Of a stretch of DNA of 64,000 nt, positions 1-9,225 are shown one piece after another. The notes under the pieces were generated by a model. It was not told the DNA's origin, searched no databases, and worked only from the letters and a program-made list of their open reading frames with translations. The translations under genes and the position numbers were made by a program. The DNA comes from Methanobacteriota archaeon (GTDB lineage Archaea > Thermoplasmatota > Poseidoniia > Poseidoniales > Poseidoniaceae), in assembly GCA_002706065.1 (NCBI GenBank), contig PAJM01000020.1, positions 16,033 to 80,032 on the forward strand, written 5' to 3'. Within the stretch, counting starts at the first letter, position 1. The number at the start of each line of letters is the position of its first letter.

Positions 1-177
1 CTCGTATGCGACCCCTTTGGCGTTGTTTTCATCAGAAAGAGCCTCTCCAAAGGTCATTGAAAGGAACAGGAAGGCAATGCAGACTGCGATGGTCGCAGAT
101 AGTGAAATGTTGAGTTGCGTTTTATTCCGACTTGGTGACGATTTGATGATCTCTGCATCAACAATTTCGTCTGCCAT
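1..177 (-). CDS. 5' fragment of a membrane-anchored protein running off the left window edge
   Basis: Hand translation of the minus strand from ATG at 177 gives MADEIVDAEIIKSSPSRNKTQLNISLSATIAVCIAFLFLSMTFGEALSDENNAKGVAYE. The frame is open to position 1 and contains one hydrophobic helix. It lies 39 nt downstream of the co-oriented GT gene. At 59 codons it is too short for the ORF track. Confidence 0.3.
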   Translation of the reverse strand, partial: MADEIVDAEIIKSSPSRNKTQLNISLSATIAVCIAFLFLSMTFGEALSDENNAKGVAYE

Positions 178-216
178 GACTCTCCCAAACGTTGGATATA
201 GAAGAGGATGGCGATT

Positions 217-1104
217 CTACTGCAAACGATATGAGGTTGGAACCGTCTGATTCCATTCATAGGCAGCTTGAGCGTTGAGTCCAAGTTGATCAAAGATTTT
301 CGCTGTACTATGGACTCCGTCAACGCCTTTCATCACAGCGCGAGGTGCAAGGGTTGCCAATCGAATGAACCCTTTTTCCCAAAGTGCAAGAGCCGTAATG
401 GCATCTTGTCCTGTAGGAACGGTTCGTTTCAATCGCGGACCAAACGGTGGCGGATGTGGATGTTCTGCTTCCAGCAATGTCGTTCCTTGTCGAAGGGTTC
501 GAACCTTTGAATACCGGGGTTTCATGAACCGTTTTCGTATTGCTCTCCAATCTTTGTCCGCATATGCTACACCCTGCAAATAGGCATGCTCATACTCATA
601 GAGTGTGTGTTTTATCTCCTCCCAAACCTCAACGTCTATGCAGTAGGTGTAGAAGTGCTCATGGGTTGGAACGACGATGTCGAGATCATCTTCCGTGACC
701 GCCTGTTTCGGTAAATTCCAAACTTGGACCATCCCAACATCGTTGTACTGTTTCGCCCAATCGGCAAGTTGCAGCGTCGTTTTGATAAAATTTGGACCAG
801 GAATCAAGTCATCTTCAATGAGGATCACACGTTCATAATTCTGAACATCGAAAAGATCTCTCCTTGCGCCAATGAGGTTTCGTCCAACTCCGTAATTCTC
901 TTCACGAAGAACAATTGATGTGTACGGAACACCTGAGGTTTCGATTTTTTCTTTGATCTCCGACTGTTTCGCTTTCGGGCCACCATCCACAAAATGGAAG
1001 ACATCAATGCCATCGAGATCTTCCATATTTGCTGAAAGCCCTTGAAGCAATTCTTCCATTAAATCAGGACGATTGAAACTCACTGTGAACAACGCAGTTC
1101 TCAT
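217..1104 (-). CDS. glycosyltransferase, GT-A fold (family 2-like)
   Basis: 295-aa ORF. It has an N-terminal 'LFTVSFNRPDL' strand-loop and an acidic DxD-type motif 'VILIEDDL'. Only 1 nt separates it from the upstream GT gene, so they are likely an operon. Confidence 0.6.
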   Translation of the reverse strand: MRTALFTVSFNRPDLMEELLQGLSANMEDLDGIDVFHFVDGGPKAKQSEIKEKIETSGVPYTSIVLREENYGVGRNLIGARRDLFDVQNYERVILIEDDLIPGPNFIKTTLQLADWAKQYNDVGMVQVWNLPKQAVTEDDLDIVVPTHEHFYTYCIDVEVWEEIKHTLYEYEHAYLQGVAYADKDWRAIRKRFMKPRYSKVRTLRQGTTLLEAEHPHPPPFGPRLKRTVPTGQDAITALALWEKGFIRLATLAPRAVMKGVDGVHSTAKIFDQLGLNAQAAYEWNQTVPTSYRLQ

Positions 1105-1105
1105 T

Positions 1106-1858
1106 TCAGGTCCTCCTCAGTAGTTGTTGTTTGAAGTAATACAAACGCTCTTTGATGGAAGTGGGTGGGTGCCGAACGTTGATGGGTAGCATAACGATGT
1201 TGTCGTAGTTCATTGCCCGAAATACCTCACAGATAACGGTTGTATCGCAATCGATTTCACCGGTTCTCGGGTTGACACCTGCAAACCGAGCACCTTCTTG
1301 GAAGGCTTTTGCATCATAGACGCAAACGCCATTGAATGTCGACCAGACTTCCGTGTTCTCAGTGGGAATTCCATGATTCCACCATGTCTCTTCCGAAGTT
1401 TTCCGTGTGGCCCAAGCATCATAGAACTGACCCATAGCATTGGTTGTGAATCCTGAAACAATGTCTGCATCATGGTGTATGAGTTGCAATGCTTCGTGTG
1501 GATTGTAGACGACATCCGTTTCAACAAAGATGATTTTGTCGAACGCATTGATGTCAGATGCTTGTTCCATACAGGCGTTCCGTGCGTTGGCGATGTTTTT
1601 CACGCGCGCACCCTCTTGACCAACGAGGTGATCTGTACCAAGGTCGGTCGTTGTGAGTGTTGTCGTGCATCGTTTTGACAGGCGGTCTGCATATTTGCTG
1701 AGTCGCTGTTTGGTACCATCGTTCGAATCGTTTTCGTAGATTGAAAGTTCAACATCGTGTTGCTCAAGCAGGAGTGTTACGAAGGTGTTGATTTGATTGT
1801 ACCATGACTTGAGGCGCTTGGCGTTGTTCCTCGATATGGTGCAGAGAAGGAGTTTCAA
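1106..1858 (-). CDS. putative glycosyltransferase (GT-A, Anp1/CAP59-like mannosyltransferase-like)
   Basis: 250-aa ORF with 'LLLCTISRNNAKRL', 'IYENDSNDGT' and 'IIFVETDV' (DxD-like). The family assignment is from motif memory only. Confidence 0.4.
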   Translation of the reverse strand: MKLLLCTISRNNAKRLKSWYNQINTFVTLLLEQHDVELSIYENDSNDGTKQRLSKYADRLSKRCTTTLTTTDLGTDHLVGQEGARVKNIANARNACMEQASDINAFDKIIFVETDVVYNPHEALQLIHHDADIVSGFTTNAMGQFYDAWATRKTSEETWWNHGIPTENTEVWSTFNGVCVYDAKAFQEGARFAGVNPRTGEIDCDTTVICEVFRAMNYDNIVMLPINVRHPPTSIKERLYYFKQQLLRRT

Positions 1859-1871
1859 CGAGCTTCACCGA

Positions 1872-1910
1872 CCATAGGAAATCCATCAAAGTGGATGCAT
1901 TTCCCTATGG
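1872..1910. promoter_or_regulatory. imperfect inverted repeat in the divergent GT/fcl intergenic region (candidate operator)
   Basis: CCATAGGAAATCCATC-aaagtg-GATGCATTTCCCTATGG. The arms pair except for one inserted G and one mismatch. It lies immediately upstream of the TATA-like box at 1918. Confidence 0.3.
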
Positions 1911-1917
1911 ACATTCC

Positions 1918-1924
1918 TATTTAA
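1918..1924 (+). promoter_or_regulatory. TATA-like box for the fcl/colD pair (leaderless geometry)
   Basis: TATTTAA centred 26 nt upstream of the ATG at 1947. There is no Shine-Dalgarno motif in between. Confidence 0.4.
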
Positions 1925-1946
1925 GGCCGAGGTTGTGGCGTGACAC

Positions 1947-2867
1947 ATGGCCACTGTTCTCGTTACTGGGGCTTCAGGAATGCTGGGCCAGCACCTCGTT
2001 CCGATGCTTGAGAAGAGAGGACATCTTGTCCTTGCACCCTCACGAGAGGAGGTCGACCTCACGGATGCAGAAGCGACGTCAGCGTTCATTGCCTCCAATA
2101 CAATCGATTCAGTGATTCATTGCGCTGCCTATGTTGCAGGCATCGCTTCCAGTACGACAACAAAGCATCATTCGTTTGATGCAAACGTATCGATGGGAAT
2201 GAATCTCATTCGCTCGTGTTTAGAGCATGGAATTACGAACGTTCTCAATGTCGGAAGCGCTACGGTTTATCCCAATGATGCGCCCCAACCGCTCTCCGAA
2301 ACTTCTCTTGGGCAAGGTGCCTTTGAGGGCCCAATTGAGGGATATGCTCTTTCGAAATACGTTGTATATCGTGCGTGTGCTATGGCAAATGAACAACACA
2401 ACACTTCGTTCAAAACGATTCTACCGTGCAATTTGTTTGGCCCATACGACAATTTTTCACTTGAGACAGGTCACATGCTGCCAGCAATCCTACATCGAAT
2501 GCATCAAGCGAAAGAACTGGGAAACGCACCCATCACGATTTGGGGCGATGGTTCAGCACGGAGAGAATTCCTCTTCGCTTCAGACTTGGCGGATTTCATT
2601 TGCTTCTCACTCGATAACTTTGAATCGCTTCCAGAGGTCATGAATGTTGGTTCAGGTGTCGAAGTTAGCGTAAATGAGATGCATCAACATATGGCTAACA
2701 TTATTGGATATACAGGAGAATTACGTCATGATCTCGAGAAGCCCGTTGGCCGATTACGACGTTCGTTGGATTTGAACCATCAGAAGAAATTAGGGTGGTC
2801 TCCAAAAACGCCATTTGAAGAAGCATTAGCAATCACCTATGAATATCTGAGGGGGACATTGGAATGA
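1947..2867 (+). CDS. fcl: GDP-L-fucose synthase family epimerase/reductase (Fcl/WcaG; possibly ColC-like GDP-L-colitose synthase)
   Basis: 306 aa with Rossmann motif 'VLVTGASGMLGQHL', catalytic 'YALSK', 'NLFGPYDNF' and 'ITIWGDGSARREFLFASDLA'. It overlaps the ColD-like gene by 4 nt (ATGA). Confidence 0.8.
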   Translation: MATVLVTGASGMLGQHLVPMLEKRGHLVLAPSREEVDLTDAEATSAFIASNTIDSVIHCAAYVAGIASSTTTKHHSFDANVSMGMNLIRSCLEHGITNVLNVGSATVYPNDAPQPLSETSLGQGAFEGPIEGYALSKYVVYRACAMANEQHNTSFKTILPCNLFGPYDNFSLETGHMLPAILHRMHQAKELGNAPITIWGDGSARREFLFASDLADFICFSLDNFESLPEVMNVGSGVEVSVNEMHQHMANIIGYTGELRHDLEKPVGRLRRSLDLNHQKKLGWSPKTPFEEALAITYEYLRGTLE

Positions 2868-4051
2868 GTTTACCACTTGCAACAAGTACTTGGGACGATG
2901 AAGAATATGCTGCAATTCAGCGCGTTATTGACAGTGACCGTTTCAGCATGGGACCAGAGGTTCAGACATTTGAGAAACAATTTGCAGCATTCTTCGGTGC
3001 CAAGTACGCCATAATGTCCAACTCGGGATCATCTGCCAACCTTCTCGCAGTTGCGGGCATGATTTATTCAAAAGGCATTGACTTGAATCCTGGTGATGAG
3101 GTTCTTGTCCCAGCTGTTTCATGGTCAACAACCTACTTCCCTGTGCATCAGTATGGATTATCGATGCGCTTTGTTGACATCGATGAAGAAACACTCAACA
3201 TTGACATCGATGCCATCGAAGATGCAATCACCGAGAAAACGAAGATGATTTTTTGCGTCAATCTTCTCGGAAATTCGGTCGATTATCCACGACTGCTTGC
3301 TCTTGCAGAAAAGCATGGATTGTATGTAATCGAAGACAACTGTGAATCACTCGGAGCGACGATTGATGGAAAGCAGGCGGGGACATTTGGCCTCGCAGGC
3401 ACTTTCAGTTCGTTTTTCAGTCACCACATCTCAACTATGGAAGGCGGAGTCACAGTCACCGACAATGAGGAGTTGTACCACGTTATGCTCTCACTCCGAG
3501 CCCATGGATGGACCCGAAATTTGCCGAAGGAAAACCACGTCGTTGAGATTTCTGATGATCCGTTCATGGAATCATTCCGGTTTGTTCTCCCTGGTTACAA
3601 CCTTCGTCCGCTGGAAATGTCAGGAGCTATCGGCCAAGCTCAACTTGGGAAAGTCAACGCAATCATCGAGGGGCGACGAGCAAATGCAGCCATTTTCCAG
3701 CGCGTAATGCGTGACGTTCCAGAGATCTTGATTCAGAAGGAAATCGGGGCATCCTCTTGGTTCGGATTCTCCATCGTGTTGCCCGACTGGTGCGACCGAG
3801 GGCCTGTACTTGATGCATTACGAGATGCAGGCGTCGAGACGCGACCTATTGTTGCGGGTAATTTTACATTGAACCCAGTCATTGAGCATCTTGACCATTC
3901 CATCCACGGCGATTTGCCTGCAGCGAATCGAATTCACAATCAAGGCTTCTTTGTAGGCAATCATCATTACGATATTACAGACCAATTGAATGAATTCAAA
4001 TCAATTCTGATAAAGTGTCTCGATGAGCAACGCTCCTCGTCAAATGATTGA
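2864..4051 (+). CDS. colD: PLP-dependent GDP-4-keto-6-deoxy-D-mannose 3-dehydratase (ColD-like, DegT/DnrJ/EryC1 fold)
   Basis: 395 aa. 'LATSTWDDEEYAAIQRV', 'VPAVSWSTTYFP', 'EDNCESLGA', 'RAHGWTRNLP' and 'LPGYNLRPLEMSGAIG' track E. coli ColD as I recall it. The usual Schiff-base Lys is replaced: 'FSSFFSHHISTMEGG' has His at residue 188 (codon 3425-3427). Confidence 0.8.
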   Translation: MSLPLATSTWDDEEYAAIQRVIDSDRFSMGPEVQTFEKQFAAFFGAKYAIMSNSGSSANLLAVAGMIYSKGIDLNPGDEVLVPAVSWSTTYFPVHQYGLSMRFVDIDEETLNIDIDAIEDAITEKTKMIFCVNLLGNSVDYPRLLALAEKHGLYVIEDNCESLGATIDGKQAGTFGLAGTFSSFFSHHISTMEGGVTVTDNEELYHVMLSLRAHGWTRNLPKENHVVEISDDPFMESFRFVLPGYNLRPLEMSGAIGQAQLGKVNAIIEGRRANAAIFQRVMRDVPEILIQKEIGASSWFGFSIVLPDWCDRGPVLDALRDAGVETRPIVAGNFTLNPVIEHLDHSIHGDLPAANRIHNQGFFVGNHHYDITDQLNEFKSILIKCLDEQRSSSND

Positions 4052-4076
4052 TGAACAGGCACACAATCGTTCGGTT

Positions 4077-5045
4077 ATGGGCAACGCATCCAAGCAAAGG
4101 ACTCTGTTGTCCTTCCTTCTTGTGTTCCTTCTTCTTCCAACTTCCGTCACTGGCGAGGACGAACCAGCATGGAAGAGCAACGGAATTGACCCTGCAACGT
4201 GGTCCGATGGACCCGTTGTCGAAGACACACCCATGCAATATTCCTACTTTGGTGACCCAGTGTTTGCCATCGATGTCACATACACTCCGGGGCATTTCCA
4301 AAGCCAAGTAACGGGAACAATCATCATCGAATTGTTTCCTCAATGGGCTCCAATTACCGTTGACAACATGATTGAGCACATCGAAGAAGGTCTCTACGAT
4401 GGGATTTTCTTCCATCGAGTCATCAACGATTTCGTCACTCAGTCAGGGGATCCTGAGTGCAAAACAAACGGGGTATATGTCCCTGGATTGCCCGTACAAT
4501 GCGGTAGTGGAGGCACGGGCGAAACCATCCCTCTTGAGCACAACGAGAATCTCAGTCATGTTGACGGCGCATTAGGAATGGCTCGTGGAACAGAAGAGGA
4601 CTCAGCTGACTCGCAATGGTACATCGCTGAAACAGAAGCACATGGTCTCGACCCTGAAAACCGAGATGATGGTGGGTATGCGACCTTCGGAATCGTTCGT
4701 GATGGAATGAGTCATGTTCGTGCAATCGCTGAGGTTCCAACCTCCGATGACCCAACTGGAACCGATTTGGACAACCCATTTTCTACGGCTGGACGTCCAA
4801 TCTACGAAGCAAAAATAAGCAGCATTACGATGATTGGCGTCGCTGACCCTGAAGGACAACTTTCAGGGCAACTCTCTGTCGAGGAGTCGGATTCAAACGC
4901 TGGAACGACGTTCGTTTTCATTGTTCTGTTCGTCGTCGTGGCAGTGGGTCTCATCGTTCTTGCAAAGAGGAGCGGATCAAAACAAGAACTTCCCATTTAC
5001 GAAGCCGAATTAATCGAGGAAAATGATACGTCCAACACGACATGA
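4077..5045 (+). CDS. secreted, C-terminally membrane-anchored cyclophilin-type peptidyl-prolyl isomerase
   Basis: Cyclophilin core 'FFHRVINDFVTQSGDP' and 'IIELFPQWAPITVDNM'. From ATG 4077 there is a signal peptide 'MGNASKQRTLLSFLLVFLLLPTSVTG'. The ORF track start at 4023 would overlap the colD stop. C-terminal TM 'TFVFIVLFVVVAVGLIVLA' is followed by KRSGSK. Confidence 0.8.
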   Translation: MGNASKQRTLLSFLLVFLLLPTSVTGEDEPAWKSNGIDPATWSDGPVVEDTPMQYSYFGDPVFAIDVTYTPGHFQSQVTGTIIIELFPQWAPITVDNMIEHIEEGLYDGIFFHRVINDFVTQSGDPECKTNGVYVPGLPVQCGSGGTGETIPLEHNENLSHVDGALGMARGTEEDSADSQWYIAETEAHGLDPENRDDGGYATFGIVRDGMSHVRAIAEVPTSDDPTGTDLDNPFSTAGRPIYEAKISSITMIGVADPEGQLSGQLSVEESDSNAGTTFVFIVLFVVVAVGLIVLAKRSGSKQELPIYEAELIEENDTSNTT

Positions 5046-6103
5046 CGTATTCGTGGAGCATACCATTTCACCTTCTCAATCCGATGGTGGACGACGTACC
5101 ATTTACGGCCAATTTGTCTCGCAAAGTTCAAGCACGTTTCAATCGTTTCTTTGGACCAAGAATCAATTCGCTCCTCTTCCACATTCATGTGGATATGGAG
5201 TGTACCGCCAACGGGTTTCAACGCACCAATCGCCGGCCTCCATGTTGCTTCTGAGCTCGGTAAATAGCCAAGAAGAATTCGATCCGCATGCCCTTCAAGT
5301 CGTTCTAATGTGAATCGATTGTCACCTTCATGGATGGTAAGGTTCGAGTTGACACCATTTCGTTTTGCAGACCATTCCAGAGCTTTGATGCTGTTTGGAT
5401 TGATTTCACAGGCGTGGACATGCTCAACCTTCCCATGGACGAGTAATGGCATGGTGTAATATCCAATCCCTGCATACGCATCGATTACCACCTCGCCTTC
5501 TGCATGGAGTGAAGCCATACGGTGACGTTCCGTCACATTACCCGAGGAATACATCACCTTTGTCGCATCAAAACCATAGACAAGACCGTTGTCTTTGACT
5601 TCAACCCAACCATCATCACCGTGCAGCAATTCCACTCGAGCCGTACGCATTTGATCATCGGCAATGGGTTGTTGACGACCAACTCGTTGGGCGTTCAATG
5701 CCTTGGCGACATGCACAAAGAAGTCCTTCTGTTTGTCGATAACCTGTTTCCAAGCCTGACCTTGGAACGCATCCTTCGGAAACAAAATCAGGTCATCAAG
5801 TCGTTCCCATTTTTTGGGAATTGATTGAGTCAATTCGTTGGCCGCATCGACCATTGGAAGGATGGCATTCCTCAATCGGTCATGAGGGTTGATCGAAGGA
5901 GGAGAGGGCTTGAGTTCAACCGTGCCGATCGAACTTGGAAATTCAAATCCATTGCAATTGACTCGTTCTCGTATTGGCAATGCAAGGTCACCACCGATTT
6001 GTTGTGGCGCAAATGTATTGTCAAAAACATCCAGCCCAATCAACGCCTGACGTGCCAACTCTCCATGTGCAAGGGGCACAATGAGACACAGTTGTCTTGA
6101 CAT
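4997..6103 (-). CDS. Met-10+ family tRNA-modifying enzyme (Trm5 / Taw2-TYW2 family)
   Basis: 368 aa. SAM-binding 'VVIDAYAGIGYYTMPLL', 'ACEINPNSIKAL', and 'ILLGYLPSSE' resembling the TYW2 'LGLIPSSE' motif. Its 3' end overlaps the convergent PPIase gene by 49 nt. Confidence 0.75.
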   Translation of the reverse strand: MSRQLCLIVPLAHGELARQALIGLDVFDNTFAPQQIGGDLALPIRERVNCNGFEFPSSIGTVELKPSPPSINPHDRLRNAILPMVDAANELTQSIPKKWERLDDLILFPKDAFQGQAWKQVIDKQKDFFVHVAKALNAQRVGRQQPIADDQMRTARVELLHGDDGWVEVKDNGLVYGFDATKVMYSSGNVTERHRMASLHAEGEVVIDAYAGIGYYTMPLLVHGKVEHVHACEINPNSIKALEWSAKRNGVNSNLTIHEGDNRFTLERLEGHADRILLGYLPSSEATWRPAIGALKPVGGTLHIHMNVEEERIDSWSKETIETCLNFARQIGRKWYVVHHRIEKVKWYAPRIRHVVLDVSFSSINSAS

Positions 6104-6165
6104 AACGACGCCTACACATCCCCTAAGGGGAAGTCCTTTGAAGGTCTTCGGTCTGTTCCGACATC

Positions 6166-9100
6166 ATGGAAGACTCAATCAACTGGAAAAATCGCTTTCT
6201 GTCCTTGTGCTTGGTCTTGTTTTTCGCCACTCCGCTTCTTACTCCTCTGGCATCTGCAGATGGTATGACAACCTGCGATGGCGTTCCTGGATTCAGTGAT
6301 TGTGATGATTACGACTCAAACGATGATGGAACTCCATCCCAACAAGATTGGATTCGTGGAACGTATCAATTTGATTTGCAAAATACGTCAACAATCCATA
6401 TGACACTTAGCTGGGCGGTGCGAGAATTCGATCGTAGCAAGGTCGGCCTTGATGATTCTATAACACAAACTGCTCTTGAAAATGAGGGATTGGATGAAGA
6501 TGATGGAATCCCCGCTGATATGATTCGAACCTACTTTGCGTACGACGACGGTTCAGGAACGGTCGGTGACAAAATGTTGGATGAGGTCGAAGACACCATC
6601 AGCGAGCTCCTCTCAAGTGGGTTCGGAACTGTTGCTGCCATTAACACACAATACGACGGTGTCTACACTGAAGCAGGTACATCTGAAATCTGCACAACCG
6701 ATGCGACGCAAGATTCCGTTTATGATGGCACTGGAGTGACCGAAAACAACGTCTTTGAACCTCCGATTTGCTTTTCCGCAATTGCTGAGATTCAATTGTC
6801 TACGAGCACATTTAATCTGCTTGATAACTCGAACCTCGATCTCGAGCGAGCGTACCAAGGCCTCCTCATCATGGGTTCTGAGTTGACGACACAGTTCAGC
6901 GTCTTTGCAGAGCCGGGCCATTACTCAACATTCTCCATCAGTCCACCTGATTATGCAGCAGTGGTTGGCGTTGATGCCAACAGTTCGACCGATTTGGCAA
7001 CATGCCCACCAGCCGATTGTCTTGGTGAGTGGGCTGTCGACAATCTCAATCATCAACCAGTTCGGAAGGATCAAACCGTGAGTTTGACCATGGGCTACCG
7101 TAATACTTCGACAACTTCAATCGTCGAGTTGGACCCGAATGAAGAGGCTGTTTCATTGCATTTAAAGGTGGATTTATTCGATGAACAAGCCGTTCAAATT
7201 GATTTTGTTGCGGGTATAAATTATCTTGACACGGATACGATGGACAGTTGGGGAATCTCTCTCGTCGAACTATCCAACTTAGCAACAATTCCTCAGATAA
7301 CGTCTGATGGCGTCCGGTTGGCTTATGAAAATGGAATTGCTCCACTTGACGATTTCACCGATCAATTCCCAGTTGAATCGGTAGGTGATGCATTTTCAGA
7401 TTCAATCCCTGGTGGTCCTGATATTCAGATGGGTCAGTTGTCTTGGGTGAGTGATTCTGTTGCAGAAGGTATTGAAGGGCCTGCGGGTGGATTGAATTAC
7501 AGCCATTCCGTTGGATGTTCGGAGACCGTGACGCCACCGAATACAATCTCATATTGCATTCAAGGCTCAAGCGCTATGGGTTATGAGCACCCGATTTACT
7601 TGCGTTCGACAAGCAACACATTTGAACTTGGTCTTCTTGATATCATTCAAGAAAACATTCCTGAAAATGACTTTTCAGAATACTTTGAAGTGATTACCAA
7701 TGAAGATCTTCGTCGAGTGATGGATGCTGGTCTCTCTCTCGAAACGGTGCTTGATACCTCATTCCTTGAGAGCATGATACCATCCGATCTTCCGCCATCG
7801 AAGATAACACTTGAACTGATTTTGCCAAACTGGATTGAGACCATCGATGGAGAGGATCGAATCATTCTTGAGCACTCCGTAACTGGAGAAAACCGCAACG
7901 AAGTATCGATTGCGGGACCTTCCCCTTACACGTACAACCACCCGATTCTCGATGAAAACGATGAAACGATTTGTTTGCAGACACAGAAAACATGTGTCTC
8001 AACATCTCTCTCGATTGATTTTGATACCTTTGATATTAACGAATGGACCAAGTCTGTCTCCGTTGAATTCGGACTAGAAGCGAGTGCTGTTGTTCACAGG
8101 ATTGCTCTTCCGCAAGGATACTACGATATCAACGATGATACCACCGTACGAATGGAAGTCATTCCAAGTGATTTGGTTCGACTCATCGGCGACATCATGA
8201 GTCGTTCCGACAGTCCAATGAAAATTGAACGATGCCTTGAACCTGGAACCGAGTTTGCCGACTGCCCATCATCACGTCAACTCGTATTCAATCTCACATC
8301 CGATGGCTTGATGGAATTTGGATCGGATGTTGGAGAAATTCTCACCAATGAGATTCATCTTGCATCCGAAGAACTTGAAAATCTCGATGAAGGCCCTGAG
8401 TTCTCGGCTGTTGATATCAGCGATTTCTCAATTGAAACAAGTTTAGCGGGACTTGGTACCCCTGGGCCAATCGTATCCGATGAAGTCGGATTAAGCGTGA
8501 GTGTCAAGATTCCAAAGGTGCGCTTCACACTTGCAGTTTCAAGTCCATGGGGTGATTTGTTGAGTGGCGATCCTGATCTCATCACCCTCTCACTGTTGAC
8601 AGAAGATATCAACGGAGCATTCCGCTCTCCATTGCTTCAACCGATGGTAATGATGGTCGATGAGATTTCGTCGATCATGACAAGCAGCATCGTCTCATCA
8701 CAGGGTGTGACATTCCCTCCACTTGAAGAAGAAGCTCTTACCTTCCAAACCGGGTCATGGGATACAACCATTCACGAAGAAACAGAATTCGATCTCACTG
8801 GACCAGTGAGTTTCACACTTCCAAAGGGAATTATTGTCGAGGAAGGAACGTCTGCACAAGGAAACATGGTCATCACAGAAGACGGAGAAGGACGCCAAGT
8901 CATCACTTACACCATCCCGCCAGACGGTCTTGACGATGAAGTGACGCTCCGACTTCAAGTCACATGGATGTACTTGCTCGGCCAATTTTGGGCTTACCCG
9001 GCCGTCGTCATCATTTTGTTTATTCTCCTAATTCGACGCCGTCGAAAGAAGAAAAAGAAGAAGCGAGCCGCACGAGAAGCAAAGAATTCCTTGTACAAGG

Positions 9101-9225
9101 CGCAAAAGATGGGCCTGTCTGAATCCGATTTCGCTCAAATGGCAGGATTGGTCGATCGTCAAGTCGGAGGTTACGATGAGGGCATTGACCCCTTCGAAGC
9201 GATGCAAGAGCCGCCTCAATCTTAA
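6166..9225 (+). CDS. 1,019-aa acidic surface (glyco)protein, type I membrane anchored; S-layer candidate
   Basis: Signal peptide 'FLSLCLVLFFATPLLTPLASADG', an Asp/Glu/Ser/Thr-rich ectodomain with many N-x-S/T sequons, and C-terminal TM 'YPAVVIILFILLI' followed by 'RRRRKKKKKKR' and a 45-aa tail. I recognise no enzymatic motif. Confidence 0.6.
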   Translation: MEDSINWKNRFLSLCLVLFFATPLLTPLASADGMTTCDGVPGFSDCDDYDSNDDGTPSQQDWIRGTYQFDLQNTSTIHMTLSWAVREFDRSKVGLDDSITQTALENEGLDEDDGIPADMIRTYFAYDDGSGTVGDKMLDEVEDTISELLSSGFGTVAAINTQYDGVYTEAGTSEICTTDATQDSVYDGTGVTENNVFEPPICFSAIAEIQLSTSTFNLLDNSNLDLERAYQGLLIMGSELTTQFSVFAEPGHYSTFSISPPDYAAVVGVDANSSTDLATCPPADCLGEWAVDNLNHQPVRKDQTVSLTMGYRNTSTTSIVELDPNEEAVSLHLKVDLFDEQAVQIDFVAGINYLDTDTMDSWGISLVELSNLATIPQITSDGVRLAYENGIAPLDDFTDQFPVESVGDAFSDSIPGGPDIQMGQLSWVSDSVAEGIEGPAGGLNYSHSVGCSETVTPPNTISYCIQGSSAMGYEHPIYLRSTSNTFELGLLDIIQENIPENDFSEYFEVITNEDLRRVMDAGLSLETVLDTSFLESMIPSDLPPSKITLELILPNWIETIDGEDRIILEHSVTGENRNEVSIAGPSPYTYNHPILDENDETICLQTQKTCVSTSLSIDFDTFDINEWTKSVSVEFGLEASAVVHRIALPQGYYDINDDTTVRMEVIPSDLVRLIGDIMSRSDSPMKIERCLEPGTEFADCPSSRQLVFNLTSDGLMEFGSDVGEILTNEIHLASEELENLDEGPEFSAVDISDFSIETSLAGLGTPGPIVSDEVGLSVSVKIPKVRFTLAVSSPWGDLLSGDPDLITLSLLTEDINGAFRSPLLQPMVMMVDEISSIMTSSIVSSQGVTFPPLEEEALTFQTGSWDTTIHEETEFDLTGPVSFTLPKGIIVEEGTSAQGNMVITEDGEGRQVITYTIPPDGLDDEVTLRLQVTWMYLLGQFWAYPAVVIILFILLIRRRRKKKKKKRAAREAKNSLYKAQKMGLSESDFAQMAGLVDRQVGGYDEGIDPFEAMQEPPQS

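Noticed and set aside
17-323. 77-aa (+) and 89-aa (-) ORFs at the left edge.
   Set aside because: Both overlap better-supported minus-strand coding sequence: the GT gene 3' end and the hand-translated membrane-protein fragment 1-177. Their products look non-protein-like.
9040-9066. A-rich run (cgaaagaagaaaaagaagaagcga) as a possible programmed frameshift or slippery site.
   Set aside because: It simply encodes the RRRRKKKKKKR stop-transfer immediately after the TM helix. The reading frame continues sensibly for 45 more codons, and no alternative-frame ORF continues from it.
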